From assembly GCA_964016885.1 (NCBI GenBank), contig OZ024741.1, forward strand, positions 321,036,001-321,100,000: a stretch of 64,000 bases of DNA. The letters run 5' to 3'. The notes under the pieces were generated by a model. The model was not told the DNA's origin, did not search any database, and saw nothing but the letters and a program-made list of their open reading frames with translations. Every line of letters starts with the position of its first letter. Positions within the stretch are counted from its first letter, which is position 1. This document shows positions 41,209 to 54,248 of the stretch, piece after piece. This stretch comes from Eledone cirrhosa (Eukaryota). Position numbers and translations under genes: made by a program.

Positions 41209-41212
<4 letters not shown>
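41101..41212. repeat. Inverted fragment of the 427-bp retrozyme family
   Basis: atcatcagcattgtataccttcctggcagatggttgaacgtctgaaagtatatactttccttatgc, followed by a partial inverse; core variant CTGATGA. Confidence 0.8.
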
Positions 41213-41248
<36 letters not shown>

Positions 41249-41699
41249 TGAATATATGAGAGGGATATATTTAATTGTATTACACGGCTCGGAAAGATTC
41301 CCTTCCTTGAGCCATTTAATTGAAAAAGACTATTTTCAGTTTATATATATATATATAAACTGAAAATAGTCTTTTACAATTAAATATATATATATATCCA
41401 GTCTTAGTTGATTAGCCCCAGGTCAATCTTGAATGAGCAGATTCATGATCAATTATATTCCAGCCGTAAACTATCCTAAATTATTTCTTTTCATTCAACG
41501 CATTTATAACTGCATTATATAAATGTCCATTATGTTTTTGTTTGTTGCTTATTTTAAGTTGCAAGAATGTGAAATGAAATTGTTTTCGTTGATATTGTTG
41601 GCAGATTGTGCGACAATATAGAAACTCTCCAGTTGTCCCCACCGTAATGGTGGTCGAGGAAATGATTACAGAAAGAAAGATAGAAAGAAAGGAGAAAAT

Positions 41700-41741
<42 letters not shown>

Positions 41742-41955
41742 TTCTTTATTTACCATAAAGGCATAAAAAGAAGGGACAAATACAAAGGGGGAGTTTACAT
41801 ATAATCGAGTAAAAAGGGTGTAACATGAAAATAATCGAAAATAACCTCAAAAAGGAGGGGACGTGATGGGGGTTGCACACACACCCGAAAAAGTGTGCAA
41901 TCCTTTGCCCGGGGAGCACATGGAGAAGGTGCTCGCCTCTCCTTTACTTCTTTAC

Positions 41956-44900
41956 CTACAGGATGGTATACAGAGAAGGCCCATTTACACGAGCCATTCT
42001 CGCCACTATCACCCACCTTTCATAAAACTGCCTGTGGCCAAGCACCTCTCTCTCCATTCTTATCCTTCTTCCGAAGTGATATCGGAAGAAGTAGACCAGA
42101 CTATGGCCAGAGAGGAAGTTGCCTGACCTCAGACCTTTCAATCGTGTCCACCAAACAACCTCTTTCAACATGGCTATTACGCACAGAAAAACCGCCTTTG
42201 CTTCCTTTGTGAAGAGGGGAGGCGGTTTGATTGTCATCACGGACACGGCGGTCAATTGAATCGGCGCCACCCGCGACAGCAGTTGTTCGGCGTAGCCCCA
42301 CAGATCAGCCACGCCCGGACATTGCACCAATGCGTGCGCAACGGTTTCTTCGTGACGCACGCATCTAGGGCAAATCTTTTTTGAGGAATCCCTGCCCGGG
42401 CGCCCGTGTCTGTAGAGCCTCTCTCGAACGGGTAGAGCCCCCCGGTAGCACTGCCAGGCCAGTGACTTCTGGAAGTTGTCCATTGGTCCTGGGCCGAAAG
42501 TCCTACCGAACAGGCTGGCCAGTTCGTCTTCTTCCATGTCCAGCGACTCTCCAATGGTGTCATCGCCCCCTGCTAGCCACCAGCCCTCTATAGAATGATG
42601 AGGTGGATTCTCCACCGATGGCCTGGCCCGCTTGCCAGAGAGCCCTGAGCGCCTGAGAACACTCAGTGTGCCAGTCTCCCAGTTTTCCGGATCTTTGCTT
42701 GACCCGAGACTGTAGCTCGGTGAGCGAGACGAGTCTCGGAAAGGCTCGTTTCACGAACGGAGCCCACACCGGTTGACCAGTGAGGAATACCTGTAGGTGC
42801 CGTAGCCTTAATGCGTGCCTACGCATCATCAACCACGGCATCCCCAGCCCTCCTTTCGAAGGTTGTTGGCAGCAGATGGATCTTCTCACCATAGGAGGAC
42901 GCTTCTTCCAAAGAAATTGGAAGAGCATGCGTTCCATGGTGGTGAGTGTTTCCTTAGGGCAAGGCACGACAGTCAGGCGGTAGTAAGTGACGGACGCTAT
43001 GTAAATGTTCGCTACCTCCGCCCGGCCTTTTAGGGACAGCTTACACTTGGCCCATTTCTGGGTTAGTGCAAACACCTTGTTCGTAACCTCGTTCCAGTTC
43101 TTTTCCACCTGGAGGTCCGGTCCAAACCAGACCCCAAGCAACTTTACCGGGCCCTCCGTCCAGTGTCCGACGACACCGTCAGGAGGCATCGGTCTGCCTC
43201 TCCACGTTCCGAGTTGCAGCCCGATGGATTTTTCCCGGTTCAGTTTCGCTCCTGACAACCTTTCGTACTCCTCCAGTAAGGTACCGATCGCCTCGATCTC
43301 CGAGTCGGTTGATACCATTACTGTTACGTCATCGGCGTAGGCCGACACCGCTTTGCTCAATCCTGGTTCCAGGGGGATACCCTGCAACAACTCCAACTTC
43401 CTCAGTAAAGGCTCGAGAGTCAATACGTACAGAAGGGAGGAGAGAGGGCACCCCTGGAATGGATCGAATGGATCGTGTGATTTCGAACGGCTTCGAAAGG
43501 TAGCCGTTCACCTTGATCCTAGAACAGATGTGGTTGCTATGTAGGGCAGTGATCCAGCCTCTGAAAACAGGACCGAACCCAGCCGCCGCTAGCACCGCAT
43601 CCAGGTAACCATGGTCGACCCTATCGAAGGCCTTAGACTGATCCAAGTTGATCAGGGCCCCACCGAAGCCGGGTTTGTTGCCAACCCTCTCTATGATGTA
43701 TCGCATGAGGTGGAGGTTATCGTGAATGGACCTGGATGGGATAGCACATGTCTGCGCATCTCCCACCAGGCCACCCACGACAAGCGCCAACCTCTTTGCT
43801 AACACCTTGGCCAAAATCTTTAACTCTGTGTTTAGCAGGGTTATGGGCCGAAAATTATTTATACTATCCCCCTTGTTCTCGTCCTTCCTCACCAGCGTGA
43901 CTACGCCCTTGGCTACAGAACAAGGAATTCTCCCGTTCTGCTGCCAATTGCAGTAGACCGCTTCGAGGAGTTCGGAGAAGAAGACCGGCATTGCTAAATA
44001 AAGTTCGTAAGGTATACCATCGAGACCTGGAGATTTGCGTCTGCTGCATTGGCTCAGCGCATCTCCGATCTCATCAGCCGAGATTGGTCCCTCGCAGGAC
44101 TCTGCCTCTTCACTCGAGAGACGCGGCAGGCCGTCGAGGTATGGACCGAAATCCACGCTCCCGCCCGGACCCTCGCCTCCCCCGAACAATCGGGCAAAGT
44201 GCCTTTGAAAGGCCTCGCACATCTGCTTAGGCTCCCGGATCACCCGTCCATCTTCGTCTTGCAACGACCGGATGGTGGATCGATTTCCACTCTTAGCTTC
44301 TGTCACGCGGGCCCATCCAACGGCTTTGGCCCCCTCATTACCTAGAGCACGTATTTTACTTCGAATGACGCAGCCTTCGTGCTTTGCATCGAAAAACTGG
44401 TTCAAGGCCGTCCTCGATGCCAGCACTCTGGCCACCTCTTCGCTCTTGATTGCCTCTTCTAATTTACCTGTTAATTCTTTCTCGTTTCTATTCCTATCGG
44501 CAGCTAACATCTTGCTATAACTTATTGATTCTGTTCTAATCTCTCTTTTGAGAGATGCCCACCATCGGTTGTTGACGATTGCACCCGTCAACCTCTCCTT
44601 AACTAATCTGCTAATCCGGTTTCTGTAAGTCTCTTTTGCCGGTAAAGACAAATTAAGTTTCCAGTAACCGGGACCCTGTCTATGTGTTTTCTCGAGATTG
44701 ACCACGCAGGTCACTAATTTGTGATCCGTGTAGCCAACCGTGCGCATTTCTGGACAGCTTAATATGTCCCTATCCTTACTTCTAACTAAGAATCTATCTA
44801 AGTACGATCTAGATTGACCACTGTGGTTTCTCCAAGTCCAGGTAGGCACAGTTGGAAAATCTAGTCGATATCTATCGACCAAGTTAAAACGGTCGAGTAA

Positions 44901-45401
44901 CCCCTTGAGGCTGTTACACCCCCCTCTATTAGGACATGCTCCTGCATAGTCCCAACGTGCATCCAGGATGTCATTCCAATCCCCCGCTAGAAGCAGGGAA
45001 CGCGACGTTCCCAGAAAAGTCTCTAAACGCTGGAAGAAGTCGGGCCGTTCAGCTCCGAAAGGGGAGTAGACGGCGACCAGTCTCAAGGCCGCACTTTCAC
45101 TACTGCCAACGTCTAGCACCAACAAACGACCCTCCGGGTCCGAGTGCACAACCTGTATGGCAAGACCCAGGTGTTTTTGCAGCAGTACGACAATCCCACC
45201 CCCACCTCCAGGTTGACAGAGAGATGCATGCACCTCAAAGTCATCGAAAGTGGGGGCCAGCTGCCGCACGACGCTGATTCGAGTCTCACAGATAACCATT
45301 ACATTTATACTACATGACCTGAGGTCATTTAGAAGCTTTGCTTGCTTCCAAGTTGAGCCCAGGCCACGTGCATTCAAACATCCTACTCTTAACACATCCA
45401 T
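41956..45401 (-). pseudogene. ORF2: apurinic endonuclease, reverse transcriptase, C-terminal CCHC (zf-RVT), two frameshifts
   Basis: LNARGL, GDWN, SYLDRF, TDH; FRPITLLN, DQSKAFDRVDH, YADD; CPRC..ETVAHALVQC across ORFs 43329-45401, 42560-43423 and 41956-42615. Confidence 0.92.
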
Positions 45402-45434
45402 GTGGGCGGCAGAGCCAAAGGAGAGTGTAGAGAC

Positions 45435-46274
45435 CTACCTTTCCGCTTCCCGGGGTTCGGGTTGCACGACTTCCATGGGGTCGGGGGTGTTGGGTGAAGG
45501 GGTGTCTTGTGGTGGTGTGGGGTCGTCAGTGTGTGGTGGGGTTGGGGTGTTTGGAGTTGTGTTGGGGAGGGGAAGGGGAGGGGGAAAGCTTTTTAGTAGG
45601 ACGCGGTTTATGGGTTTGACAGAGGGTGGTCCTACGTCCTCCTTAAAATCCTTTTTTAGTTTTTGGTAGAGGTTCATTGGGATCTTTATTAGTTTTAAAT
45701 GTGGGTAGTTTTCTGACGAAACAAAGTTTACACCTTCGGTTTGTACCGAAGGATTATTGTATATGAGCTCATTTAATTTATTATTGTTTCTGTTGATGTA
45801 AGTATAGTGTAATGTCTTTTTTTCCGATGGTGTGAGTGTTTCGAAGAGGGGAGGGGCAGGTTTGGTTTTGTTTGTTGCTGGAGGGGTGTTTTCTGTTTTG
45901 TTGGATTGTGTTGAGATTTGGGTGGGGGTTGTTTGTCCTTGTGTGTTTTGCACATGTTTTCTTTTTTTCCTTTTAATCTGTCTGAAGGACTCTGTTTCTT
46001 CCTCCGAATTCGTTGGGTTATCTTCAGTGTTGGAGGGAAGAGGTATGTTTGCTGGTAATGTTTCCGTGTTGGTTTTCTTTGTGGGGGAGATGGATGTCAC
46101 TATGTTAGACTGTGTTGTGTGTTGTGTCTGCGGTGGTTGTGTTGTTTTATTGAGTGAGAGGTTGGGTGGGCCTGTATTTTGTTTTGGGGTAATGTGTTGT
46201 GACTGTTTGTGTTGTGGTGGTGTTGTGGTTTTACTGAGGGACGGGTTGGGTGGGACTGAGTTTTGTTGTTTGTT

Positions 46275-46275
<1 letters not shown>
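45435..46275 (-). pseudogene. LINE ORF1 C-terminal low-complexity (P/T/Q-rich) region
   Basis: Open frame ending ...PMEVVQPEPREAER just upstream of ORF2; homologous ending in copy E. Confidence 0.7.
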
Positions 46276-46343
<68 letters not shown>

Positions 46344-46385
46344 TGTCGGTATGAAGGGATTTAGGTAGGGAGGTAAGTAGATATA

Positions 46386-48223
46386 TTTCTTTATTTGCCA
46401 CAAGGGTGAACAAGAAAAGGGGACAATACAAAGACACATGCCGGGGATTTTACATACAGTCGTGTAAAAATATTGAAACAAACAATTATAACAATCGAAA
46501 TCCCCAACAGGGGGGAGGCGCCACGAATGGATTGTTTTATACTCCGTCGATAGAACAACCCTCAATTTCAGGGGCGTGTTGTGCAAGTGCTCCTTTCTTC
46601 CTTTGACTCTCTTCTTTAACCTACAGGCTTAAAAACAGAAAAGGCCCAATCACTCGGGCCATTTTCGCTTCATTCACCCACCTTTCAGTAAATTTACTGG
46701 GGTGCAGTGCCCCTCTCTCCACTCTGATTCTCCTTCTAAAGTGATACTTAAAGAAGGGAATCGATTGTTGTCCGGAGAGAAAGGCATCTGTCCTCAGTCC
46801 TCTCAATCTCGTCCACCATATAACCTCTTTCACAATAGCCACTGTACAGAGAAAAACCGCCTCTCTTTCGTTTTTGAAAGAGGCTGGTGGTTTGATCCTG
46901 GCAGTCAACTGGATTTGTGCCATACGCGACAGAAGTTGTTCTGCATAGTTCCACAGGTCGCTTACGCCCGGGCAGTGTACAATTGCGTGCAAAACGGTTT
47001 CAATGTCCTGCTCGCATCTTGGGCACGTCCTCTTGGAAGGATCCCTGCCGAGGCGTCCGTGCCTGTAGATCTTATCTCGACCGAGTAGAGCTCCTCGGTA
47101 GAACTGGGGGGCCAGGGACCTCGGGAAGTTGTCCATAGGTTCCGGGCGGAGAGTCCTACCGAACAGACTGGTGAGCTCGTCGTCTTCGACCCCTAGAGTC
47201 TCCCCGAGCACGTCGTCGCACTTGTAAAGTACTAACCCACTATAGAATGTCGAACTGGAGTCTCCACTGATTGCTGTTCCCGCTTGGCAGAGGACTGTGA
47301 GCGCCTTGGCGCATTCAATGTGCCAGGCGCCCATCTTCTTCGGTCTTCGCTTCAACCAGGACTGCAGCTCCGTCAGCGAGACAAGTTGTGGGAAGGCCTG
47401 TCTCAGAAACGGTGCCCACACCGGTTGGTCGGTGAGCAATACCTGGAGATGCCGTAGCCTCAGCGCATGTTTGCGCATCATTAGCCACGGCATTCCCAGC
47501 CCTCCGTTGGAAGGGTGTTGACAGCAGACGGATCTCCTCACCAGTGGAGCCTGCTTCTTCCACAGGAACTGGAAGAACATGCGTTCCATCTTGGTGAGGT
47601 TTCACGGGGACAAGGCACGATAGTCAAGATGTAGTAGATGACGGATGCTAAGAAAGTGTTCGCCACCTCCGCTCGACCTTTCAAAGACAGTTTGCACTCT
47701 GCCCTCTTCTGGGTGAGCGCAAATACCTTGGCCATGACCTCGTTCCAGTTTCACCAGTCCTTCCGTCCAGCGTCCGACGACGCTGTCGGATGGCATCGAT
47801 TTGCCTCTCCACGTTCCGAGTTGCAAACCGACAGAATTGTCAGGGTTCAGTTTTGCTCCTGTGAACCTTTCGTATTCCTGTAGTAGGTTGCCGATTACCT
47901 TGATTTCCGAGGTTTTCGACACCATTACCGTCACGTTGTCGGCAGAAGCCGACGCCGCTTTTCGCAGTCCCGGTTCTAAAGGGATGCCCTGCAAAAGCTC
48001 CAACTTCCGCAGTAGTAGCTCTAGAGTCAATATGTACATAATGGAGGAGAGAGGGAATCCCTGACGAATGGATCACGTGATTGCGAACGGCTCCGATAGG
48101 TAGCCGTTCACCTTAACCCTCGAGCAGATGCTAGTGTGTATCGCCATGATCCAGCCTCAGAAAACGGGACCGAACCGTCCGCCTTGAGAACAGCTTCCAA
48201 GTATCGATGGTCGACCTTATCGA
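46386..48223 (-). mobile_element. L1/Tx1-like LINE copy B, 5'-truncated in RT
   Basis: Homologous ORF2 C-terminal fragments; same 3' UTR motif; (GATA)n on both sides. Confidence 0.9.
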
Positions 48224-48271
<48 letters not shown>

Positions 48272-48272
48272 A

Positions 48273-49647
48273 TTTCTTTATTAGCCACAAGGGCACAAAA
48301 GAAGGGGACAAATACAAATGGGGAGTTTACATACAGGTATATGAAAATAAAACTATTAATAAAACAACAAATAACAATTGAAATCCGCAATATGGGGGGA
48401 GGTGTTACACAGGGGTTGTACACACCCCGAAAAAATGTACAACCCTCATCTCCAGGAGCACCAAGAGTGAGTACTCCCTTCCTCTCTTCCTATTTTTTCT
48501 CAACCTACAGGCTTATATAGAGAGAAGGCCCAACCACTCGGGCCATCTTTGCCACATTCACCCACCTTTTATAAAATTTGCTTGGATACAGTACCTCTCT
48601 CTCCCTCCTGATTCTTCTTTCAAAATGATATTTGAAAAAACGAATCAGTTGTTCACCGGAGAGAAAGGTGTCTGACCTCAGCCCTTTTAACCTCGTCCAC
48701 CATATAACCTCTTTCACCATAGCCATAACACATAGGAAAACCGCCTCTCCCTCGTTTTTGAAGGAGGGTGGCGGTTTGATCATGACAATGGACTCGGTGG
48801 TCAACTGGATTGGTCCCACCCGCGACAATAGTCGTTCTACATAGCCCCACAGGTCGGTAACGCCCGGGCAGTGTACAAATGCGTGCGCGACGGTTTCCTC
48901 ATCGCGCACGCATCTCGGACAGATATTTTTCGAAGGGTCCCTACCCGGGCACCCGTGTCTATAGAGCTTGTCTCGAACTGGTAGAGCTCCTCGGTAGCAC
49001 TGCCAGGCCAGGGACTTTTGGAAGTTGTCCATTGGTCCCGGGCGGAAGGTCCTACTGAACAGACTGGCCAGTTCGTCTTCCTCTACGCCTAGAGTTTCTC
49101 CGAGCGTGTCGTCGCATTTGCTGCGGACCAACCCTCTATAGAATGTCGAAGTGGAGTCTCCACTGATCGCCGGGTCCGTTTGCCAGAGGACTGTGAGCGC
49201 TTGAGCACATTCGATATGCTAGTCGCCCATTTTCCTCGGTCTTTGCTTGACCCAAGTCTGCAGCTCGGTCAGCGAGACGAGTCGTGGGAAGGCTCGCCTC
49301 ACGAACGGGGCCCACACCGGTTGTCTGGTGAGGAATACGTGGAGGTGCCGCAGCCTGAGCGCGTGTTTCCGCATCGTCAGCCACGGCAACCCCAGCCCTC
49401 CGTTTGAAGGGTGTTGGCAGAAGATGGATCTTCTCACCAAAGGAGCCCGTTTCTTCCAAAGGAATTGGAAGAGCGCGCGCTCCATTTTGGTGAGCGTTTT
49501 GGCTGGACAAGGCACAACGGTCAAGCGGTAGTAGATGACGGACGCTATAAAAGTGTTCGTCACCTCCGCTCGACCTTTCAAGGATAGTTTGCACTCGGCC
49601 CACTTCTGGGTGAGCGCAAACACCTTGGCCGTCACCTCGTTTCAGTT
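48273..49647 (-). mobile_element. L1/Tx1-like LINE copy C
   Basis: LSLKGRAEV...GGLG...CPRC homology; (GATA)n on both sides. Confidence 0.9.
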
Positions 49648-49679
49648 CGATATGCCAGTCAGATAGATAGGTCGGTAGG

Positions 49680-49737
<58 letters not shown>

Positions 49738-49739
49738 TA

Positions 49740-49827
49740 TTTCTTTATTAGCCACAGGGGCACAAAAGAAGGGGACAAATACAAAGGGGGAAGTTTACAT
49801 ACAATAAAAACGTGTAAAATGTTATCA
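49740..49827 (-). mobile_element. L1/Tx1-like LINE copy D (3' UTR only)
   Basis: ttctttattagccacaggggcacaaaagaaggggacaaatacaaagggg between two (GATA)n runs. Confidence 0.85.
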
Positions 49828-49879
49828 CAGATAGATAGATAGATAGATAGAAAGATAGATAGATAGATAGATAGATAAG

Positions 49880-52800
49880 TTTCTATTTATTTGCCACTAG
49901 GGCACAACAGAAGGGGACAAATACAAGGGGGGAGTTTACATAAAGGAACGAGTAAAAAACAAATAACAAATATAAAATAAACAATACAGTCCTCAATAGG
50001 GAGGAGGCGTTTTGGGGGTTACACACACCCCCGAAAAAGTGTGCAACCCTTTTCCTTAGGAGCACAGAGAGGGGGTGCTCATTTGCACTTCCATCTTTCC
50101 ACCTACAGGCTGATAAAGAGAGAAGGCCCATTCACACGGGCCATTCTCGCTACTTTCACCCACCTTTCATAAAACTTACTGGGGTAGAGCACCTCTCTCT
50201 CCATTCTGATCCTTCTCTTAAAATGGTATTTAAAGAAAAGGACCAGTTGTTGGCCGGAGAGAAAGGTGTCCGACCTCAGCCCCTTTCAAACGTGTCCACC
50301 ATACCACCTCTTTCACCATTGCTATTACACAGAGGAAAACCGCCTCTCGTTCATTTTTGAAGGGGGGAGGCGGATTGATCGTTACAATGGATTCAGTGGT
50401 CAACCGGATTGGTCCCACCCGTGACAGCAGTCGTTCGACATAGCCCCACAGATTGGCAACGCCCGAGCAGTGTACCAATGCGTGCGCAACGGTTACCTCG
50501 TCGCGCACGCATCTGGGACAGATTTTTTTAGAGGGCTCCCTACACGGGCGCCCGTGTATGTAGAGATTTTCTCGAACGGGCAGCGCCCCTCTGTAGCACT
50601 GCCAGGCCAGGGACTTCTGGAAGTTGTCCATAGGTCCCGGGCCAAATGTCCTGCGAATAAGCTGGCCAGTTCGTCTACCTCCATGCCTGGGGCTTGGCCG
50701 AGGGCGTCGTCGCACCTACTAACCACCAGCCCTCTACAGAATGACGAGGTGGAGTCTCCGCCGATAGCCGGGTCCGCCTGCCAGAGAGCCGTGACCGCCT
50801 GGGCACACTCGGTGTACCAGGCGCCCAGTTTTCTCGGTTTTTGCTTGACCCAGGACTGCAGCTCGGTGAGCGAGACGAGTCTCGGAAAGGCTCGCCTCAC
50901 AAACGGGGCCCACACCGGTTGACGATAAGGAATACCTGGAGGTGCCGTAGCCTTAATGCGTGTTTACGCATCAACAGCCACTGCATTCCCAGCCCTCCTT
51001 TCGAAGGGTGTTGACAGCAGATGGATCTCCTCACCAAAGGAGCCCGCTTCTTCCAAAGGAATTGGAAGAGTGCGCGCTCCATTTTGATGAGCGTTTCCCT
51101 TGGGCAAGGCACGACGGTCAGGCGGTAATAGATGACGGACGCTATATAAGCGTTCGCCACCTCCGCCCGACCTTTCAGGGATATTTTGCACTCAGCCCAC
51201 TTCCGCGTCAGCGCAAACACCTTGTTCGATACCTCACCTCAGTTCTTCTCCACCTGGAGGTCTGGCCCAAACCAGACCCCGAGCAACTTCACCGGGCCCT
51301 CCGTCCAACGTCCGACGACGCCGTTGGAGACCCCTCCACCCGCCCCTCCACTCGCCAAGTTGCAAACCGACAGACTTGTCCCGGTTCAGCTTAGCCTGTA
51401 AACGTTTCGTATTCCTCCAGTAAGGTGCCGATCACTCCGATTTCCGAGGCGGTTGACACCATTACTGTCACGTCATCGGCGTAGGCCGACACCGCTTTCC
51501 GCAATCCCGGTTACAAAGGGGTGCCCCGTGAAAAACACCAAACTACCGCAGCAGTGGCTCTAGGGCCAATACATACAGAAGGGAGGAGAGAGGGCATCCC
51601 TGTCGGATGGACCGCGTGATTTCGAACGGCTCCGAGAGGTAGCCGTTCACCTTGACCCTAGAGCAGATGCGGCTAGTGTGCATGGCAGTTATCCAGCCCC
51701 TGAAAACGGGTCCGAAATCTGCCGCCACTAGCACCGCATCCAGGTAACGATGGTCGACCCTATCGAATGCCTTAGATTGATCCAAGTTGATCAGGATCCC
51801 ACCAAAGCCGGGTTCGTTCCCAACCCTCTCTATGATGTATCGCATGAGATGGAGGTTGTCGTGAATGGACCTGGACGGATGGCGCATGTCTGCGCATCTC
51901 CCACCAAGTTTCTCACCACAAGCGCCAACCTCTTTGCTAACACCTTGGCCAAAATCTTTAACTCTGCATTTAGCAGTGTTATGGGCCTAAAATTAATTAT
52001 TTCATCCTCCTTGTTCTCGTCCTTCCTCACTAGCGAGACTACGCCCTTGGTCACAGAACAGGGAATTCTCCCGTTCTGTTGCCAGTTGCAGTAGACCGGT
52101 TCGAGGAGATCGAAGAACATGTCCGGCATACTTAAATACAGTTCGTATGGAAGACCATCGAGGCCCGGAGATTTGCGTCTGCGGCATTGGCTCAGCACGT
52201 CCCCTATCTCAGCAGCTGAGCATCGTCCGAAAGACGCGGCAGGCCGTCGAGGAATGGACCGAGGTCCACATCCCCATCCGGCCCCTCGCCCCTTCCGAAC
52301 AATCGGTCAAAGTGCCTTTGAAAGGCCTCGCACATCTGCTTGGGTTCAAGGATCACCCGTCCATCCTGGTCTCGCAAAGACCGTATAGTGGATCTAGTCC
52401 CACTTTTGGCTTCTGTCACGCGGGCCCAGCTAACAGCTTTGGTCCCCTCGTTTCCCAGAGCACGTATTTTGCTTCGGACAACGCAGCCTTAATGTTTCGT
52501 GTCGAAGAACTGGCCCAAGGCCGTTCTCGACGCTAGCACTCTGGCTACGTCGCCGCTTCTAATTGCCTCTTCTACACTATCTACCAACTCCCTTTCCTTC
52601 CTATTTCTATCTGAGGCTAACTCCTTACTAACTCCTATTGAAGCTACTCTAATCTCTCTTTTGAGAGAGCCCCACCACTTGCTGTTGACGATGGCGCCCG
52701 TCAACCGCTCCTTAACTAATTTACTAATTTCTTGTAAGCTTTACTTGCCGGTAAGGACAAGTTGAGCTTCCAGTAACCGGATCCCTGTCTATGCGTTCTA

Positions 52801-53684
52801 TCAAGGTTGACCATGGAGGTCACTAACTTGTGGTCTGAATAGCCAACCATGAGCATTTTTGGACAACTTAAAAAGTCCCTATCATTATTTCTAACGAAGA
52901 ACCTATCTAGGTACGATCTAGATTGACCGCTGTGGTTTCTCTAAGTCCAGATTGGCACAGTCGGAAAATCTAGTCGATATCTATCGGCCAGGTTGAATCG
53001 GCCGATTAACCCCTTGAGGCTGTTACAACCCCCTCTATCAGGACATGCCCCTACATAGTCCCAACGTACATCTAGGAGACCATTCCAGTCCCCCACTAAA
53101 AGCAAGGAGCGGGACGTCCCTAGAAAGGTCTCCTGACGATGGAAGAAGTCCGGCCGCGTTGACCCAAAAGGGCCGTAGATGGCGACCAGCCTAAAAGCTC
53201 CGCCTTCACCACTGCCAATGTCCAGAACCACTAGTCGACCCTCCGGATCCAAGTGTACCGTCTATGTAGCGAGACCCAGATGTTTTTGCAGCAGAACGAC
53301 AACCCCACCCCCACCTCCGGGCTGACAGAGAGATGCGTGCATCTCAAAGTCATCAAAGGTGGGGGCCAGCTGTCGCACGCTGCTGATCCGGGCCTCGCAA
53401 ATAACCATCACATTTATACATCGTGACCTGAGGTCATTTAGAAGCATTGCTTGCTTCCAAGGTGAGCCCTGGCCAGGCGCATTTAGACAACCTATTCTCA
53501 ACACAGCCATGTTGGTGGTAAAGAGAAAAGGCACTTACCTTTCTGCGTCCCGGGGACCGGGCCGCACAATTTCCATGGGGGTGGGGGATGGGTTGTTGGG
53601 TGGGGTGGTGGTTTGTGGAAGTGTAGGGGCATCAGTGTGTGGTGGGGTTGGGATGTTTGGCGTCGTGTGGGTGTCTGGGGGGGG
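49880..53684 (-). mobile_element. L1/Tx1-like LINE copy E (full but multiply frameshifted ORF2, ORF1 tip)
   Basis: ORF2 ATG at 53510 (MAVLRIGCLNA); APE, RT (QGCPLS, YADD region) and zinc-knuckle fragments. Confidence 0.9.
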
Positions 53685-54103
53685 AGAAAGAAAGAATGAA
53701 ATAAGATACAGAAATAATAGAGATCAGATATACAAAAACACCACTTTTAAAACATTTAGTACATTCGACCTACGATCGGTAGAGGGTCGGAGACCATGCT
53801 TTGACGCATAGAGTTACGGCCCTTGCCGAGGTTAACTTTGCCTTTCATCCTTACGGGGTCGATAAAATAAAGTACCAGTAATGTACTGGTAATTGCTGGC
53901 CTTGTGCCAAAAGTAGAAACAGTTATAGAAAAATATGTGTGTGTGTCTGTGTGTTCATGTGTGTATGTGTGTTCATGTGCGTATGTGTATGTATAGAAAA
54001 ATGTAATTAAGGGATTCACTTCCCATAAACAGGCAATTTATTTTCACCTCACTGTGAAAAGTAAACAAAATGTGCAGAAAAGTGTCTAGTTTTCTAAGAC
54101 TCA

Positions 54104-54180
<77 letters not shown>

Positions 54181-54248
54181 ACAAACTGACCCAAGTGTGA
54201 TAAATATATCTTAAAAAATAAAAGTACTGTGTTATTTTTTCCTATATA

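Larger units (their letters stand above)
41741..46275 (-). mobile_element. L1/Tx1-like LINE copy A (ORF1 3' part plus frameshifted ORF2), 5'-truncated
   Basis: APE + RT + zinc-knuckle ORF2; 3' end ...AATAAAGAAAT(ATCT)n. Confidence 0.92.

Noticed and set aside
45435-46586. 383-aa ORF as a complete ORF1
   Set aside because: Its N-terminal part reads through copy B's 3' UTR and (ATCT)n; only 45435-46275 is LINE ORF1.
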